The notes: generated by a model from the sequence alone, not told the origin. 64,000 bases of DNA from Penicillus capitatus (GCA_965649825.1 OZ287707.1:488292-552291); one strand, 5' to 3'. Shown: positions 11,821 to 26,190, counted from the stretch's first letter. Numbers and translations are program-made.

Positions 11821-11994
11821 GATCTCTTTACGCACACTTGGAGCTTTTTTTAATTTCAAGTGTGGCTCTAATGACGCCCGCTGCTGAATGGAAAGGGATT
11901 GTATCGCCATAATGGCAGACCGCAAGGGAGACCGCCAACTGTTCGTGTTTTCAGCATAAGATGCGTTTTCATCAGATGATTTCATTTTTGTGTT

Positions 11995-14900
11995 ATGGGG
12001 AAAAAGATTCGTCCATCGCCGTCGCGCGAAGGCGTTCAGTCACGGAAGCGCCGAAGGCCGTTCGATTCAAAACACGTGTCGATCGAGTTTCTCTGCGATG
12101 GCGTCTCTCTTGAGCGGTGTTTTAGATAAAGGGCCTGGAACCATTGAGCGATATCCCTTTGCCGGCGGATCGCGAGGATTCAGAAATCAATGAGGAGGAG
12201 CTCTCGGAAGAAGACTTTGCGTTTGTCCAGGAGCATTCAGGAAAACTCACGTTCTTGGAGAAGATCGAAAAAGATGAACTGGATCAGTGAGACAGCGAAC
12301 CGACTGTGCAGACTGAGCAGATGTCCTGTTCAGGCAGGTCCTTCATAAACAGAGGACCGAAATGGAGAAGAGACAGCAGAAGATCGAGAGAGTTCAACGA
12401 CGGAAGGCGCAATCAAAAGATCCACACTCCGAAGAAGACACGACAGAATCAGAAGGAGAAATGGATCCGTTGGATCAAGAACATGCAAAGAAGCACATTG
12501 AAGCACCTCAAAAAGTGATCTTATACATAGAGGTCGATCATGTCGACCATATCGTCTCATCTCTCCTGTCCAGAACAAAGCGTCGACGCATGACATCCGC
12601 AACAGATTGCCTGTGAAGACACCAGACGGGCGTGTGGTGCTAGAGCAAGAGATGGATGGCGCTGCTGCAGACTGCGTATGAAAATGGACAGACAGTTCAA
12701 GAGTTCTTGATCTTGTTTGTGCGTTTCAGGCTCGAAAAGTAGAAGGTGTGACAGTGGATGACGTTTTCGTGGAGGGTAAAGCGACTTCACTTGTCATCGA
12801 TCTCTTTGATGCCATCTTGTGTGGCAGGAATTGAAAAGGACGATGAGGAAGCAGATCCAGACGAAGGAGCGCGTGATATGGACAACAGCACCAGAGATCT
12901 TGCCAAATCGGCAGATGCATCTGAATCTGAGCTGTCGGAGATCGAAGTGCGTTAGGTTCCCTCATGTCAGCATTCACGTGTCTTCAGTCTGAGGAAGACC
13001 AGATACCAGATGCCGGAAGGGATGAGCTGAAGACACAGATCGCTGTCCATGCAAACAAGATGTTGTCGCAAGCTGAGAAATCAGTCATCCCATTGAAGAA
13101 ACTTCTGATTCTGTGCAGAAACCGAGATCTCCAGGTCCCATCACCTGTTTTGGACAGAATCGAGCTGGGGATATGAGCATAGATCCAACGACTGGCGATG
13201 GTTTCTGCGATGCAAGTCTTCAAAGACATCATACCGGCGTATCGGATCACCACAAACTTGACAATCGCCCAAGGACAAGCAACGAAGAAGGTGACCGACC
13301 AAGGATACAGAGAGATGTAGATCATCATCCGACGCCTTTTCTGTGCCTTCAGATGGACAGAGAACAGTTGAAGACGAAGGAATACGAATCGTTTCTCCTT
13401 CAATGCTACCAGTCCTTTCTAAAAATGCTGCTCAGCGATGCCGAGTCTTTTCGGAAAGGGCATCGATCTCCTTCGACACAGAGAGTCTGCGTCAAATGTC
13501 TCTGTGGTTTGGCTGAGTCCCTTCATCATTTCAATTATGGGTTCGAGCGTTGCCGACCGCGATTCTTTGGATAAATTGAATAATGGTTGCAGGACGGATC
13601 TTATCAAAGCTGTGGTGAATTACATGAAGCATCCAGATCGAACGCTCACAACAATCTGCTGTTCGACTTTGGCTGAAATCATACGATCGGATGTTCATGG
13701 TCATCGAACACTAGATGTGCGCGCTCCTTGTTATTAGACCCCTGATCTCTTGTGTACCCATGACAGATCGTTCAGTTCGTTGGAGATTTGATAAAACGTC
13801 AGAAGTGCCGTGTCGATCCTCAAGTGGTTGAGTGTCTGTTTCCTGTGTCCTTCAGTGATCTGCCGGTGCCATCAAAGGAAGGTACCTGTGCATTGTTTCT
13901 CTTCCTCGTGTCTCTATTCCATTTCGATCCTGTAGACAGGAAAGAGAAAAAGATATCGAAGCACAGAAGAAGAAAGATGTTCAAGATACGGAACCAGTTG
14001 GAAAAACGCGGAGAGGATTACCAAGTGGACAAACCTCTGCGCGACAAAGCGACGGAAGAGAAAGCACAGCTACAATCGCAAACCGTCGAGGCGCTGTTCG
14101 AGATCTTTTTCAGAGTTCTGAAGCACTGCAGTCATCACGTGCATTCGAGAAGCTGTTACGAACACGAGCACTCTGTCCACAGATATATCGCACTCAAGTG
14201 TCCACTACTGTCTGTTTGTCTGAGGGGACTGGCTAAGTATGCACACATCATGAGTGTCGAGTACTTTGAAGATCTGCTTGCTGTCTGTGCCCTCTCATTG
14301 CCATGACGACCGTTTTGACGACACATGTCTTGTTGCCGCAGGTCATGACGAAACTCCTGAACTGTGCCGCATTGCCGTTCCATGAGAGATTTCAGTGCCT
14401 TTTCACCATCGCCTGTATTTTCCGTGGACAGGGCGAAGCGCTAAACATCGATCGAAAGGCCATGTACCGGCAATTGTACGAAGCCCTCGGTAACTGGAGA
14501 CCAGATGTTGTGCAAGGAAACGATGTCGACAGCAGCAGCAACGGCAGTGACATTGCCACATCGCCTCTCTGTCCATCGGACTCTGAAAGACAGATCCAGA
14601 ATCCAGGCGTGATTCTGATTCGAGTTTGTCACCAGATGTTGTGCGAAACAAAGACATCAGATTTCGGCAAACTGGCTGCGTTTATCAAACGGATGTTGTC
14701 TGTTGCGATTCATCAAGAAACGGGCATTGCCATGGGGATATCTGCCATCGTCCACAAACTGCTCATGAAGTATCGGCGATTGAGAACGCTGATGGAGGGA
14801 GAGAGCGAGACGCCGATCAAAGACGCCATTTACGATCCATCTGTCGCCGATCCCAGCCAGGCTGGAGGATTGCTGACGTCGCTTTGGGAACTGACACTTC

Positions 14901-15322
14901 TGCAGAAGCACTATCACCCTGACACAGCACAGGTCCTCTGTCAGAGATACCATTCCTTCAGTGATGACGGTGTTTTGCAGGGAGCGAAACAGATGTTGAA
15001 AATCCAGCCAGATGCGATGCGCAACGAGGCCGGTTGCATGGCGGCAATACTGACGTCCATCGATGGACCCCCTGGCATTGCAGCGCGCTACACAACAATA
15101 CACGGTAGCTTCTGTCCAGCTCCTTGTCTGAGGAATCGACAGACGGGACTCAAGAAACGCAAGAGACAGAAAACGCCGTCGATCCTTGCCGAGCTCTCGA
15201 ACGGAGAGGGGCGGAGCGCAGATAGCAATGCGATAAGCACCGCCTTCGAGCATTACTTCGCCAGACTGGAAAGACAAAAGCGCAGTCGTCGGTGCGCAAA
15301 GGCAGACGTGCGAAGCAATTGA
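11995..15322 (+). CDS. NOC3: Nucleolar complex protein 3
   Basis: N-terminal EEELSEEDFAFV, LAMVSAMQVFKDIIPAYRI, LHHFNY, CLRGLAKYAHIMSVEYFEDLL, AAFIKRM, LWELTLLQKHYHP. Multi-exon; 3' end approximate. Confidence 0.9.
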
Positions 15323-15609
15323 GTATTCGGAAGAACTCTGGATGATCCTTCTGTTGTGCTTCCGTCTGTACTGTTGCTATCCATTTCGCATTTTACCCGC
15401 CCAAATCCGTCGACGTCCTTCCAAAGGACATTTCTTTCACAACTTCACGGTGAGCAGTCAAGACGGTTGGCCACCCGGTTAACGAGCCGCACTACGCCAT
15501 CTTCACTTGTATCTGCAAACTGATTGTGCTGTTGTAACGCATTGACACTGAGCGAGGCAACAGTCGAGTAGAATCGGGAGACCCCTTGCGTGATTACCTT
15601 TCTGTCAGA

Positions 15610-16241
15610 ATGCTTCGTGCTTTACTGTTCAGTACCGCGACGGCGTTGCTCTGTTATGTGGTCGCTGGAGTGGTCACATTTCCCGTGGAGCGCAACTTAA
15701 CCATCTTTCCGGGCACGACGATGGGCTTTGAATTCAGCGAAGAGAATCTCTTTGAAATGTTTCGCTTTTCGGGTCCAGTGGATTGTGTTTCCTTTAGCTT
15801 CAACAGTACACGTCCAATGAACGCCGCTCTCTTCTTCGAACGCTGGGATTACATCAAAGACTATGTCAACAACCATACCGTCCCGCCCCCAGACAGAGAA
15901 GGCATTGTACCTGGCTCAGAGTGCGCCCCTCTCAAATGGTTGTGTGCTCTTGATGTGACTTTTCATCGCTTTGCAGGTGCAATAAAACAACCGTGTGCAA
16001 GATAGAGTTTACCAAGGGAAATCTGCCGACGCTTAACGCACAACGAGGATTGGGACAGAATGGCTTGCCATACACGGTGGTATTCTGGTACCCCATGAAC
16101 GACACGGAACCGGCCAATGTCAGTCTCACTGTGGATGGACCGTGCTATACTGGAGAAAAAGAGACCTACACCTACACGATCCCTGCTCCTGTAAAGCCCG
16201 TCAACATACCCGGTTCAAATAATCAGACAACGTCGAGTTGA
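15610..16241 (+). CDS. Hypothetical secreted glycoprotein
   Basis: Signal-peptide-like MLRALLFSTATALLCYVVAG. One canonical intron joins CAPLK|WCNKTTVC. At least seven N-x-S/T sequons and several Cys. Confidence 0.75.
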
Positions 16242-16494
16242 GGTCCTCTTAGCGGCAAATGGGTTATCCTGGGTGCGTCATATTTGATGAGAGTCGTCAT
16301 TGTCGTCATTATCGTCGTCGCCTCAATAAATGCATCTCCGGAAATGCGATCGATGCCTTGGCGCATGTGAAAGTGTCGATTTGATTACAGCGATCTCGTT
16401 ATGATATAATCGAGGAGTTGCCAACGCATAACTGTGCGTTTCTGTGATTCTCCCTTTAAAGCTGTTTTGTTCTGGAGGCTGAGATTTGCGTCTC

Positions 16495-19344
16495 ATGCAT
16501 TTTGCTAAGTTTCTCACGCTTTTGGCCGTTGCCTCGATCGTAGGCCCGTTCCTATCCGAGGCGCGAAGTGCGTGTTCCGACTTTTTGCGAATGCGACGGA
16601 TCATTTCCCGCCATTGCAGGCAGTACGAATAGCGACATATCGCATTATTGTAAGAGATCATTGCGAGACAACGACCGCGACGCAGCGCAGCTCTACTGCT
16701 CTGCAAGTAGAGAGGTTTCATTGGTATACGACTCGAGCACGGACGGAAAGGTAATCCATCTATCTCCCTATTCCTCCGACGACACGCATCGCCATTCTCC
16801 TGACGCGCATAACAAATGGCGATGACAACCGCATCCGCTCGCTTCGAATGTATAGGCGCGGGGAAGAACGACGACATACAGATACGGTGTGGCAAATGGC
16901 CGAGAGGCGTTTCGTGGATTTGCATCCCGACAGGACATTGTCGCCACCGGCATCCTCAACGCCGATGCCGACTCCGTTTGGCACGTCATTCGCGATCCGA
17001 GGTGCGATATCGGCATCACAATGTTACCGTTGTCCCACATAAAGCCATGGCAGAGTCGCTTTCTCTGTTGCGTTTCGTGAGTTTGCTTTTGAAGTGCGAC
17101 GAACTGGCCGCTCGATGACGCAGGTGGTGCTTAACAGCGGGGAGGAGCTTCTGTTCTCCCTTCTCCGCATAGACCACGTAAGACACAAACACCGAGAGTG
17201 ACTCCGGAAACGTCATGTCCTAGGCTCGCCGATACCAACAATACTCGATCTTCGGCCACACGAGAAAGATCTTCAACATCGATGATACCTATGTCAACAT
17301 CCGTGGCTCGCAGGTCTTTGTCACAGTGAAAGAAAAAACGGCAACGACGTGCGAGATCGAGATCGGCCTCTCGCTGGCCATCGATCGATCCTCCGAGCGA
17401 AACAGGATTCTATTCTTCTTCGAAGGATTTTTGACCCAGATGGTAAGGTCGATGTCTGATGCCTCGATGTCGGATTTCGGCCGGCGTAGATCGACCACTA
17501 TCGAATGGCTTTTGGAGCGGGCGATTGCACGACACAAGGTCACAGAGAGACAATCGGGATTTGCAACAACTTAGCCCATCCAACATTTGGCGCCGCTCGA
17601 ACTCCCCTCAGGCGTCTTTCGCGTAACGACCCTTCCTACATCGACGGCAAATCCACACCGGCTGACACGAATTTAAGCCCCCGACGTATCAGCAATATTC
17701 TTAGCGACCAAGGTATGAGATTGAGAGAGCGAGCACATCTCACGCACTCTATTGTATTCAGGCACGGACGCAGACGATGCTGAGAACTCGATGCATGTCA
17801 CGGATCTCTTCGTCTTTTTTGGTCAGTTTATCGACCACGATATCGGCATGACGCAAATGGGTTCTTCCTCCCTCGGTAAACAGCCTTTGTTCTCTTTCGG
17901 CCACGATAAATTCAGAGAAGAATTCGACATCCCTATCCCTCGTAACGATCCGGTCTTCCGCGGTCCTCACCGAAAAGACACCCTCGCATTCCAGCGCAGC
18001 ATCTACGTCAAAGTCGACGGTATGGATGTCGAACCGAGAACTCCGCCGAACAGCGCTACGGCCTACCTCGATCTGAGTCAAGCATGACCTTCTTTCTGAA
18101 CCACTCGGCAGTTCGTTGAGAATGTGTGAATTAGGTATACAGTGCGGATCGTGTCAGAGCAAAGGCACTGCGTGCTTACACCGGAGGTCGGATGAAAACG
18201 AGCGGCGGGTATCCGGGTTTCTTGCCGTTCAATGGCGACGGTCCAGGCGGCATCGGACTCAACATCGAAAACGCACCGGATGCCGATTCGAGATTCTACG
18301 TCGCCGGAGACAGCCGAGTGCAAGAGAACGCGTTAATTGCATCTCTCCATGCTTTATGGCTGCGCGAACACAACCACGTGAGCTTCGTCTCATCCCGACG
18401 CCTTTGTCGTCGATCTATCTCTTCAGGTCGCCGCTGAACTGGAAGCCGCGTTTGGCGACGCAGACCTGAACGTGTCGGATGAAGAGCTCTTTCAATACGC
18501 CCGCGATATCTGCGTGGCAGAGTATCAGAGTATCGTCTTCAACGAGTGGCTAACGATCCTTCTCGGAAAAGGCGTCGTCTCTGCTGAAGCCTACGCGTAT
18601 GATCCTGAGCTGTCGAGCAGTCTGGACGTCTTTTTCACCACGGCCTCCTTTCGCTTTGGGCATTCCATGGTCAACAATGTCCTGTGGTTGAAAAACAGCC
18701 GAGGATATGTGTCTAAGAGCAAACTGGAGCAGACCTTCTTCAATCCTTCCGGCGTCAACGCACAGACTTTTGCAGACTATCTGTTCGGTGCTGCAAGCCA
18801 TGAGGCACGGGAGATCGATACCAAAGTCGTCGACAGTCTCCGTTCCCAGCTCTTTAGTGGCGACGGCATTCCCACGCACGACCTCGTTTCGCTCAATATC
18901 CAGCGCGGCAGAGATCACGGTCTGCCATCCTACACCGCCGCGAGAGCGGCTTTTGGTCTACCTCCCCTCTATAGCTGTGACCAGATCAGCAGCTCAGAAG
19001 AGATCCGTAAGAAACTCCGAAAGGCATATTATAATGACATCTCCAAGGTGGATGCCTTTATCGGGGGCCTTGCCGAAGACAAACGAAGAGGAAGTCTTCT
19101 GGGCGATCTCTTTCATCGCAGCATATCCGATCAGTTTCGTCGTCTTAGGGATGGAGATCGCTTCTTCTATAAGAGCTCACCTTTTCCATCAGCTCTTTTT
19201 ACGCTCTATCCCCGACTCCATGACATCGCGAACGATCGTGTGACCTTGGCAGATATCCTGCATCGCAATACCGACATCACCGAGAAGGTGTTGGCTGCAT
19301 ATGGCGATGGTCCCCGTTCGCTATTTCAACTGAAGCATACGTAA
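16495..19344 (+). CDS. Secreted animal-type heme peroxidase (peroxidase-cyclooxygenase superfamily) with N-terminal SRPBCC/START-like domain; 801 aa from 9 exons
   Basis: Signal peptide MHFAKFLTLLAVASIVG. Distal FGQFIDHD, TAYLDLSQVYS, AGDSRVQEN, LWLREHN, proximal FRFGHS, LNIQRGRDHGL, DAFIGGLAE, QFRRLRDGDRFFY. All eight introns close in phase. Confidence 0.9.
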
Positions 19345-19493
19345 GCATCGAGAGTGTCCGTTTTGTGTACATGACATCGATCGAGAATTTAAAGATTCAA
19401 ATGTAATTCCGTTCGCATCCATTAAAGCAGCTCAACGAGATGCAACATGCTCAGACGAGGGAAAGAACGTCACACACACAAACCAATGCACAC

Positions 19494-20164
<671 letters not shown>

Positions 20165-20254
20165 TCTGAACGAGCTTTGCGGTGACTGAGCGACAAGCGC
20201 AGAAGGGAAGAATGGCGTTCATTAGAAGCGATCGGCCATTTCGTGGTAGCTTCA

Positions 20255-23200
20255 ATGTCGCTATCGTCACAAGATAACGGCACGACGTTGGACGATGAAG
20301 TGACAGATGCAGGTCTAAAAGAGTGAGCTAAGAGTGAGAATGCAATGCAGGAATGTCCATTTGAAGTGCAATGGCATCCTTTGGTCGTGGTCCCGTGTTT
20401 TCGTGAGAATGAAGGACGAGAGATTCTGCAGGCAATACAGTCAAAGGATGTGGCACATGTACTCGCGCGTCACGCATGGATGCCGGATGAAGCACCTGAC
20501 GAAACGGCAAATGATCATCTCAATATTGCCTCAGCAGTCATCCAGAAGATCGATGACGCACAGAAGACACTAAAAGAATCCGCATGGAAACATGAGCTCC
20601 AGCAACGACGAGAGAGAATCGAGACAGCCAAGGCGCATCACACTGCTGTCAAAGAACAGATGGAAGGGCAATCAGATCAGGTATGGGATCAAAAGGATCA
20701 ACGTTATGACAAGCGTGCATCGCACAGGACGAAGTCGACTGTATTGAAAAGATGAAGACGGCTGAAGAACAGCTAAGAGAGGCGGAGGGTTCACTGTTGC
20801 ATCCCTTTCGAGAATTCTGTCTGATATGTCTGGAAGAGGCAGATGTCGAGATGGACCTTTTCGTTCAAATGATCTATCACGGTTTTCAAATTGCTGCTGT
20901 CTTTTCTATCGACATCGACGAGGCAGTAGAAGGAGAAGAAAGTGAGTTGTCGGCACCATCCTTTTCTATTAGACATTTCTGCCTGTAGCTACCACGAAGC
21001 TGCCGTCCTTTGCTGACCTAGAGACAAGACTGCAGGAGGGCACACATTTGAGAAGGACGCTCTTTTGTTCTGTCAAGACCTCTTCTGAGGGGGACACTCT
21101 TTTCCAGAGTGTTGTACAACAGCTTCAAAGAATCAAAGAAGCGCACGATGCCTATGATAATTTTCTTCGCAATTCTCGCATCTATTCCTTGCTGGACGTG
21201 GTGGATATCGAAATGCACCGGTATCATTATCTGATGGATCAAGTGCAAGAAGAAGAGAGCACAGCGCCTGTTATCCTGAACGCTATGATAGATCAGGTGT
21301 GTCTTCTTTCTCTGTCTGAAAGCGTATTCCCCTGTAAAGCAGATTTCCTATATGGAAGATTCGATGGATGGAGAGAGAAACGAAGCCTACAGAAATCGAG
21401 CCTCGCAGTTGATCTGTGAAGAAATCGAGGAAACGTGTTGCAGGAACGCCTCTGCCCAACACACGCATTTGCATGATGATCCTCTCCTTGTCCACCATGT
21501 ATTATAACACCATCCGTGCTGCACGATGCTATGGCGTTTTAGGGGAATGCATACAGGATAGCTGAATACGGTCTGTTGACCTCGAACACGTGGTATCCAT
21601 CCACGAAAAGAACAGGGAGTTTCGTGAGTTGGAGGTCCAGATGTCAGTCTTCGAGCGATGCACTTCGTGAACTGGATGATTGCCATGCAGAAGGGCACAT
21701 GTTGCAACTTCTCTATGAGGACATCGTGGGAGGGGACACAGATGCGGTCTGCCCCAATAAGACGCCTCGATGCGATATTATGGAGAAACACGGTGCCGAT
21801 GCCGTACGACAAACGCCTGTCGAATTCGATGCCGTGCTGAGAGAGATCTGGAGCAAACTGCCAAAGGAGCTCCAAAATGAACATGCAGCTCACGTCAAAC
21901 AACGAAAGCACGTCGAGTTTCTCACTCCATCAGTCCTTCATCAAGTTACATCGCAGCATCTGCTGCTCTTCGACACATTCCATGCAGGCACTCGCGAAAC
22001 TGGAAGTATCTGGGATGCAGCGACTCCTTGTTTCGCTGGACGATACGGATACTCGTGCACTGATATACTATCATGACACAAAAGAAAACCAGAGCAGTAG
22101 CGCAACAGGAAACATACAGACGGTTCCTTCCCTGCAGGCTTTCTGGAAACTCAAATGCGAAGATCGACTTGAAGACTTGCAACTTGCAAGACCTTATTAT
22201 GATATGGGTCACCGGCAAGACATCCCTCTATGCAACTGTCGATACGAAATCCTGCCAAACGACATCATCATCAAATCCTCTGCGAAATCGTTTGTCATGA
22301 GCAAGGTAGTGGCATCGCCGATGAGAGTCTGAAAGATGACAGACAGTGTTTGCAGGGAGACTGTTGTTTGTGCTTTAATGGTAGGGGTGGAAAGCACAAC
22401 GGAAGAGTAACCTTAACATATGGCAATAGAGTTGTGATCACTTTGACATTGACAACAGCCAGCGATGGCAGATTACTGCAAGAGGTTGTGTTTGTACGTG
22501 CAGATGGCACGATATTCTCCCTGAACAGCGATGGCCGCCTCAAAATCCAGAAGCCCATCCCGAGAAGCCACTGTTCACATCAACCTGCCGCTAATCTCGT
22601 AAACAAGTCCAGGCGAATCTACCGTTGTGATGTGACATACTGTGAAGGACCCGACTCGGCTGGCAAGCGGATACGAAATCCATCCCAATGGAAACATGAT
22701 CCTCAGTCTCTGTAACGGAATGACGACGGCTTTGACAAGAGAGGGAAACTATTATGAACTGACAGATACAGAGGCAGCTTCCAAGTGGACCGTGAGCTGC
22801 AAAGATGGCAACAAGTATCTTACGCCATCGTGACAAGACCTTTTGCATCTTTCTTGAACAGATTCGTCAGGAAGATGGATTCAGAAAGCCATGAACACAC
22901 AGATTTTCAGATCGACGTCGATGACAAGCGAAGTGAGATGGACGAAGCCTCCGAAGCTTCCTGCAGGGAGAATGGAGATGCAGAAGAGCGTGCGATTTGG
23001 ATGTACCTTCAAACAATACCCACAGTGCAATCTCATTGGCCTCGACAAGACATCAAATGCTTGACCATCCGTGAAGACCTGCTGATGCTTCAGGAATTCC
23101 ATGATGGAACCTACTCGTATACATTGCCGAATGAAACGTGTATCGTGCACAGTGGAGGGAACTGGTCTGTGTCGTTTGAAGAAGCATTACCGTCCATTCA

Positions 23201-25080
23201 GGGCTCTGATAAAGAGATGCAGCTTTCGCCATGCCCAGGCAAGATTTTTCACGAGATCGAGATCATGACGATTCCTTGTTATTCAGGGTTCTCGCTAAAA
23301 TGGATGGGAGTGAGCGGGACAATTTCCGTTGAACTTCCAGAAAGCGAAATCGTGACAGCAAAGGAAGGAATTGTCGTCGCAGACATCTGTCATCACCGTG
23401 CATCATCGGATACCTCCAGAGCGGAAGCCAGACAACAGGTTTTCGATCACCTTTCGGCGCTCAGTAGTCAAGCAGAACAACCGAGACCTGATCTCGAGGC
23501 AGACAACGCTGACGAAAAAGAGATCTCTGTGGAATGTGAGGCACAGCCACTCAGCACAGACACAGATGCAACATCCTTGTCCATTTCCGAAGAGAAAACT
23601 CGACAGAGCATAGGATGGGACTCAGTAGAAGAGCGAGACGTTTCTGTGTTTGGAGATGGATTGGTTGCCTTCGATTTGAAGCGTGGCCGATGCGTTCGGA
23701 TACACGAAGGAGAAGTCTGTCACTATGGCGACGCCTCATCAGATGTCGTCGGCAGCACACATTACGATCCGCAATGGATAAACCTTCAAATCTTTCTGCT
23801 GTTTCCGAATGGACATGCTTTCCGTGTATTGAGTTATAAAGAAGGCCATTCCACTCTGGTGGAGCAGGTGCACTGCCACGGACAGACAAAACTTGAGACA
23901 ACAGATGTTTCTGGCTGGTATATGGACAGCATCTTCTTACCGTTTGGATCGAAACGACACATCCTCCTTTCATCACCGGAGCCGCAATCAGAGAACAAGC
24001 TGGATGCCGAAGATGTGTCATCGGTGGCAATTCCAGATGTCTTACCATCTCTAAAACGCCCTTCTGTCTACAAACTGTCTCCCGATGCTATTCAATCATC
24101 GTTTGTCTTTCCTCGGACTCGTGAAGAGCGCGGCATTCCGGTGATGATCTTCAGAGAAATCATCGAGGCCGTACCCAATCGACAACTCACATCAAAGACG
24201 AATCAATCGCAAGAGGTGCTCTTTATGGGAACATCTCTTTCCACCAATACAGATCCTACAGGACACAGAACTAAAGAAGGAGCCCCTCAGCCGTTTCCAA
24301 GAAAACTTGGAGACGAAGCGAAGGAAGGAAGAAGAAGAGCGGGAGAAACGAAGGCGAGAGGAAGAGAGAAGACAGCAAGAAGCAAAACGACGTGCCTCAA
24401 AGCAAAAGAAGCCATGGCCAGATCGAAAAGACCGCTTTGATAATTGTCCCAAAATACCAACAGCCGAGTCCCTTCTGCCCTTCTTCGCGACCAAGGAAGG
24501 GATTCTGGCGCTGGAGGCCATGGCATCCGAAAAGACCAACGAGAGACCATCTCCGAACAGATGTATCACAAAAGCCAGCTCCGCAGGAAAAGAGCTGATT
24601 CCTGGCGTCTACGTCACATCGAGCGATCCGATGACAGCTGAACCGATCGCCACACACAAGAAGAAGACAGAAAATTTGAAGAAGGCTATGAGCTGCGATG
24701 TTGAGACTATTGGAAAAGACTTTCGCTACTTTGATACATCCAAAGCGCATTCTGGAATGTCTTGCCGAATGAACACACTCGCATTGCATCCTCCACATCT
24801 TCACTTTGGAGCAGTGCCGATCGGGCAGAGCATGTCCAAAAGCTTTATTCTGAGCAACATGTCTACAAAACCGGCTCGATTTCTCATTCATTCCGAGAAC
24901 GCATGTCTCAAGGCGGACCACAAACCGGGTCCACTTCTTCCTGGATTGAGCCGTCGGATCTATGTTACTTTTGAAGCCCAACTGTGTCAACCTTTCGTTG
25001 GCGAACTGACTATTCGTACAGAAGAGAGTTCCTTGCAACTCACGTGCTCCGCAAAGACCGTTAAATGCACTCAAGTGTAA
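20255..25080 (+). CDS. SPAG17: Flagellar central-pair protein PF6/SPAG17-like
   Basis: Large multi-exon gene. Beta-hairpin repeats (FVRADGTIFS, IHPNGNMIL, LLFPNGHAF). C-terminal PapD/ASH-like domain HFGAVPIG...KPGPLLPGL...ELTIRTE. Start codon inferred. Confidence 0.65.
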
Positions 25081-26171
25081 CGTATTAAGTGGACGGCAAA
25101 TCTCATTTTCTGCGTTGTTTTTACTGATTTGACTTCTGCTCTTCCCTTCCCCTTGCAAGAAATGGTGTCTCCCGCAGCCACAAACACATTCGTCTTCTTG
25201 ACAGTATCCCAGTTCAGTTGAATATCTCCCGCTTTGATTCGTTCAGCCATCTTTTCGCGGGCCATGCCGAACGCAGCAGATGCGACGGCATCCAATCGCA
25301 TGGATGGCTCGACGGTGTGAATCTCTCGCACTCTTGCCGGAGGCACTTTCATCTCCTCAAATGAGATTTTCTTGGCCTTTACAGGAACCGATCGAACCTG
25401 GATCAGAATCCTTAATTCAATGACAAACAACATAGGTCACGTTACGGCTTCTAGCTTTCGTTCCAACAGGATAGCCGTCTCTGGCGATGTGAAGGTCAGA
25501 CATCCAGTGTCCTTTTCGACAACAATGTCGCCCACATCTTCACTTTTCAATCCAATGCCACTGATGGCACCGAGAAAATCTGAATGATCCGCCTTCACCA
25601 GAAGGAAATTCCCCGATACCTAGAAACCTCGTCATGGTCTGGAGTGTGAATGGAATGGCTGAAGTGACTTGGACGGGAACAATTTCTGCGATATTCTGCA
25701 GATCGTCCTTGTGGGTTTCGAGGAGTTCGTCCCTCATGATCAGAACTCTGCAGCGTTCGGCATGGGGATATCCTCCGAATGCCACGGCAGACACTTCTGA
25801 TAGCAATGCTACTTCATTGACGACGGCTTGGACACCCAAAGGAGATAGGAACTTGGTTCGCGTGACCATCCATGTGTCCCGTGCCCGATCAGCCTAAACA
25901 TCCACCCATCCAGACAGACACAAAGACAACACGCTCATCGACAGTCCAATACCAACTTCAGCGCCCGTTTCACGACATCTGCATCCACACGCGTGATGTG
26001 TCCTAGTCCATGAACGCGTGCCGTCAAGGATCTCCCTTTTCCACAGAAGCTCTTGCTTGGGGTCGGATGACTGCTGTGTATGGCAAAGACATTGAAGGCA
26101 TGACGACGAAGAGAGTGTGTGAATAGAGTGTGAGCGTAGTAATGAGAACCACGGAGCAAGGGAGACGACAT
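25071..26171 (-). CDS. YLMH: Plastid YlmH/Sll1252-like S4-domain RNA-binding protein
   Basis: TKFLSP, FGGYPHAERCRV, HSDFLGAI, SMRLDAVASAAF, LNW, GKGR, AVHLIRY-stop. S/H/R-rich transit-like N-terminus. Three introns. Confidence 0.9.
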
Positions 26172-26190
26172 GAAGAAGGAACAAAGGGGC

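Noticed and set aside
11707-11985. 92-aa minus ORF starting 10 nt from the NOC3 ATG
   Set aside because: Overlaps the PPOX-like last exon; no motif or splice support.
16323-16925. 200-aa minus ORF upstream of the peroxidase
   Set aside because: Overlaps the phase-consistent + strand signal-peptide and SRPBCC exons; no motif.
24397-25158. 253-aa minus ORF
   Set aside because: Antisense shadow of the SPAG17-like C-terminal exon.
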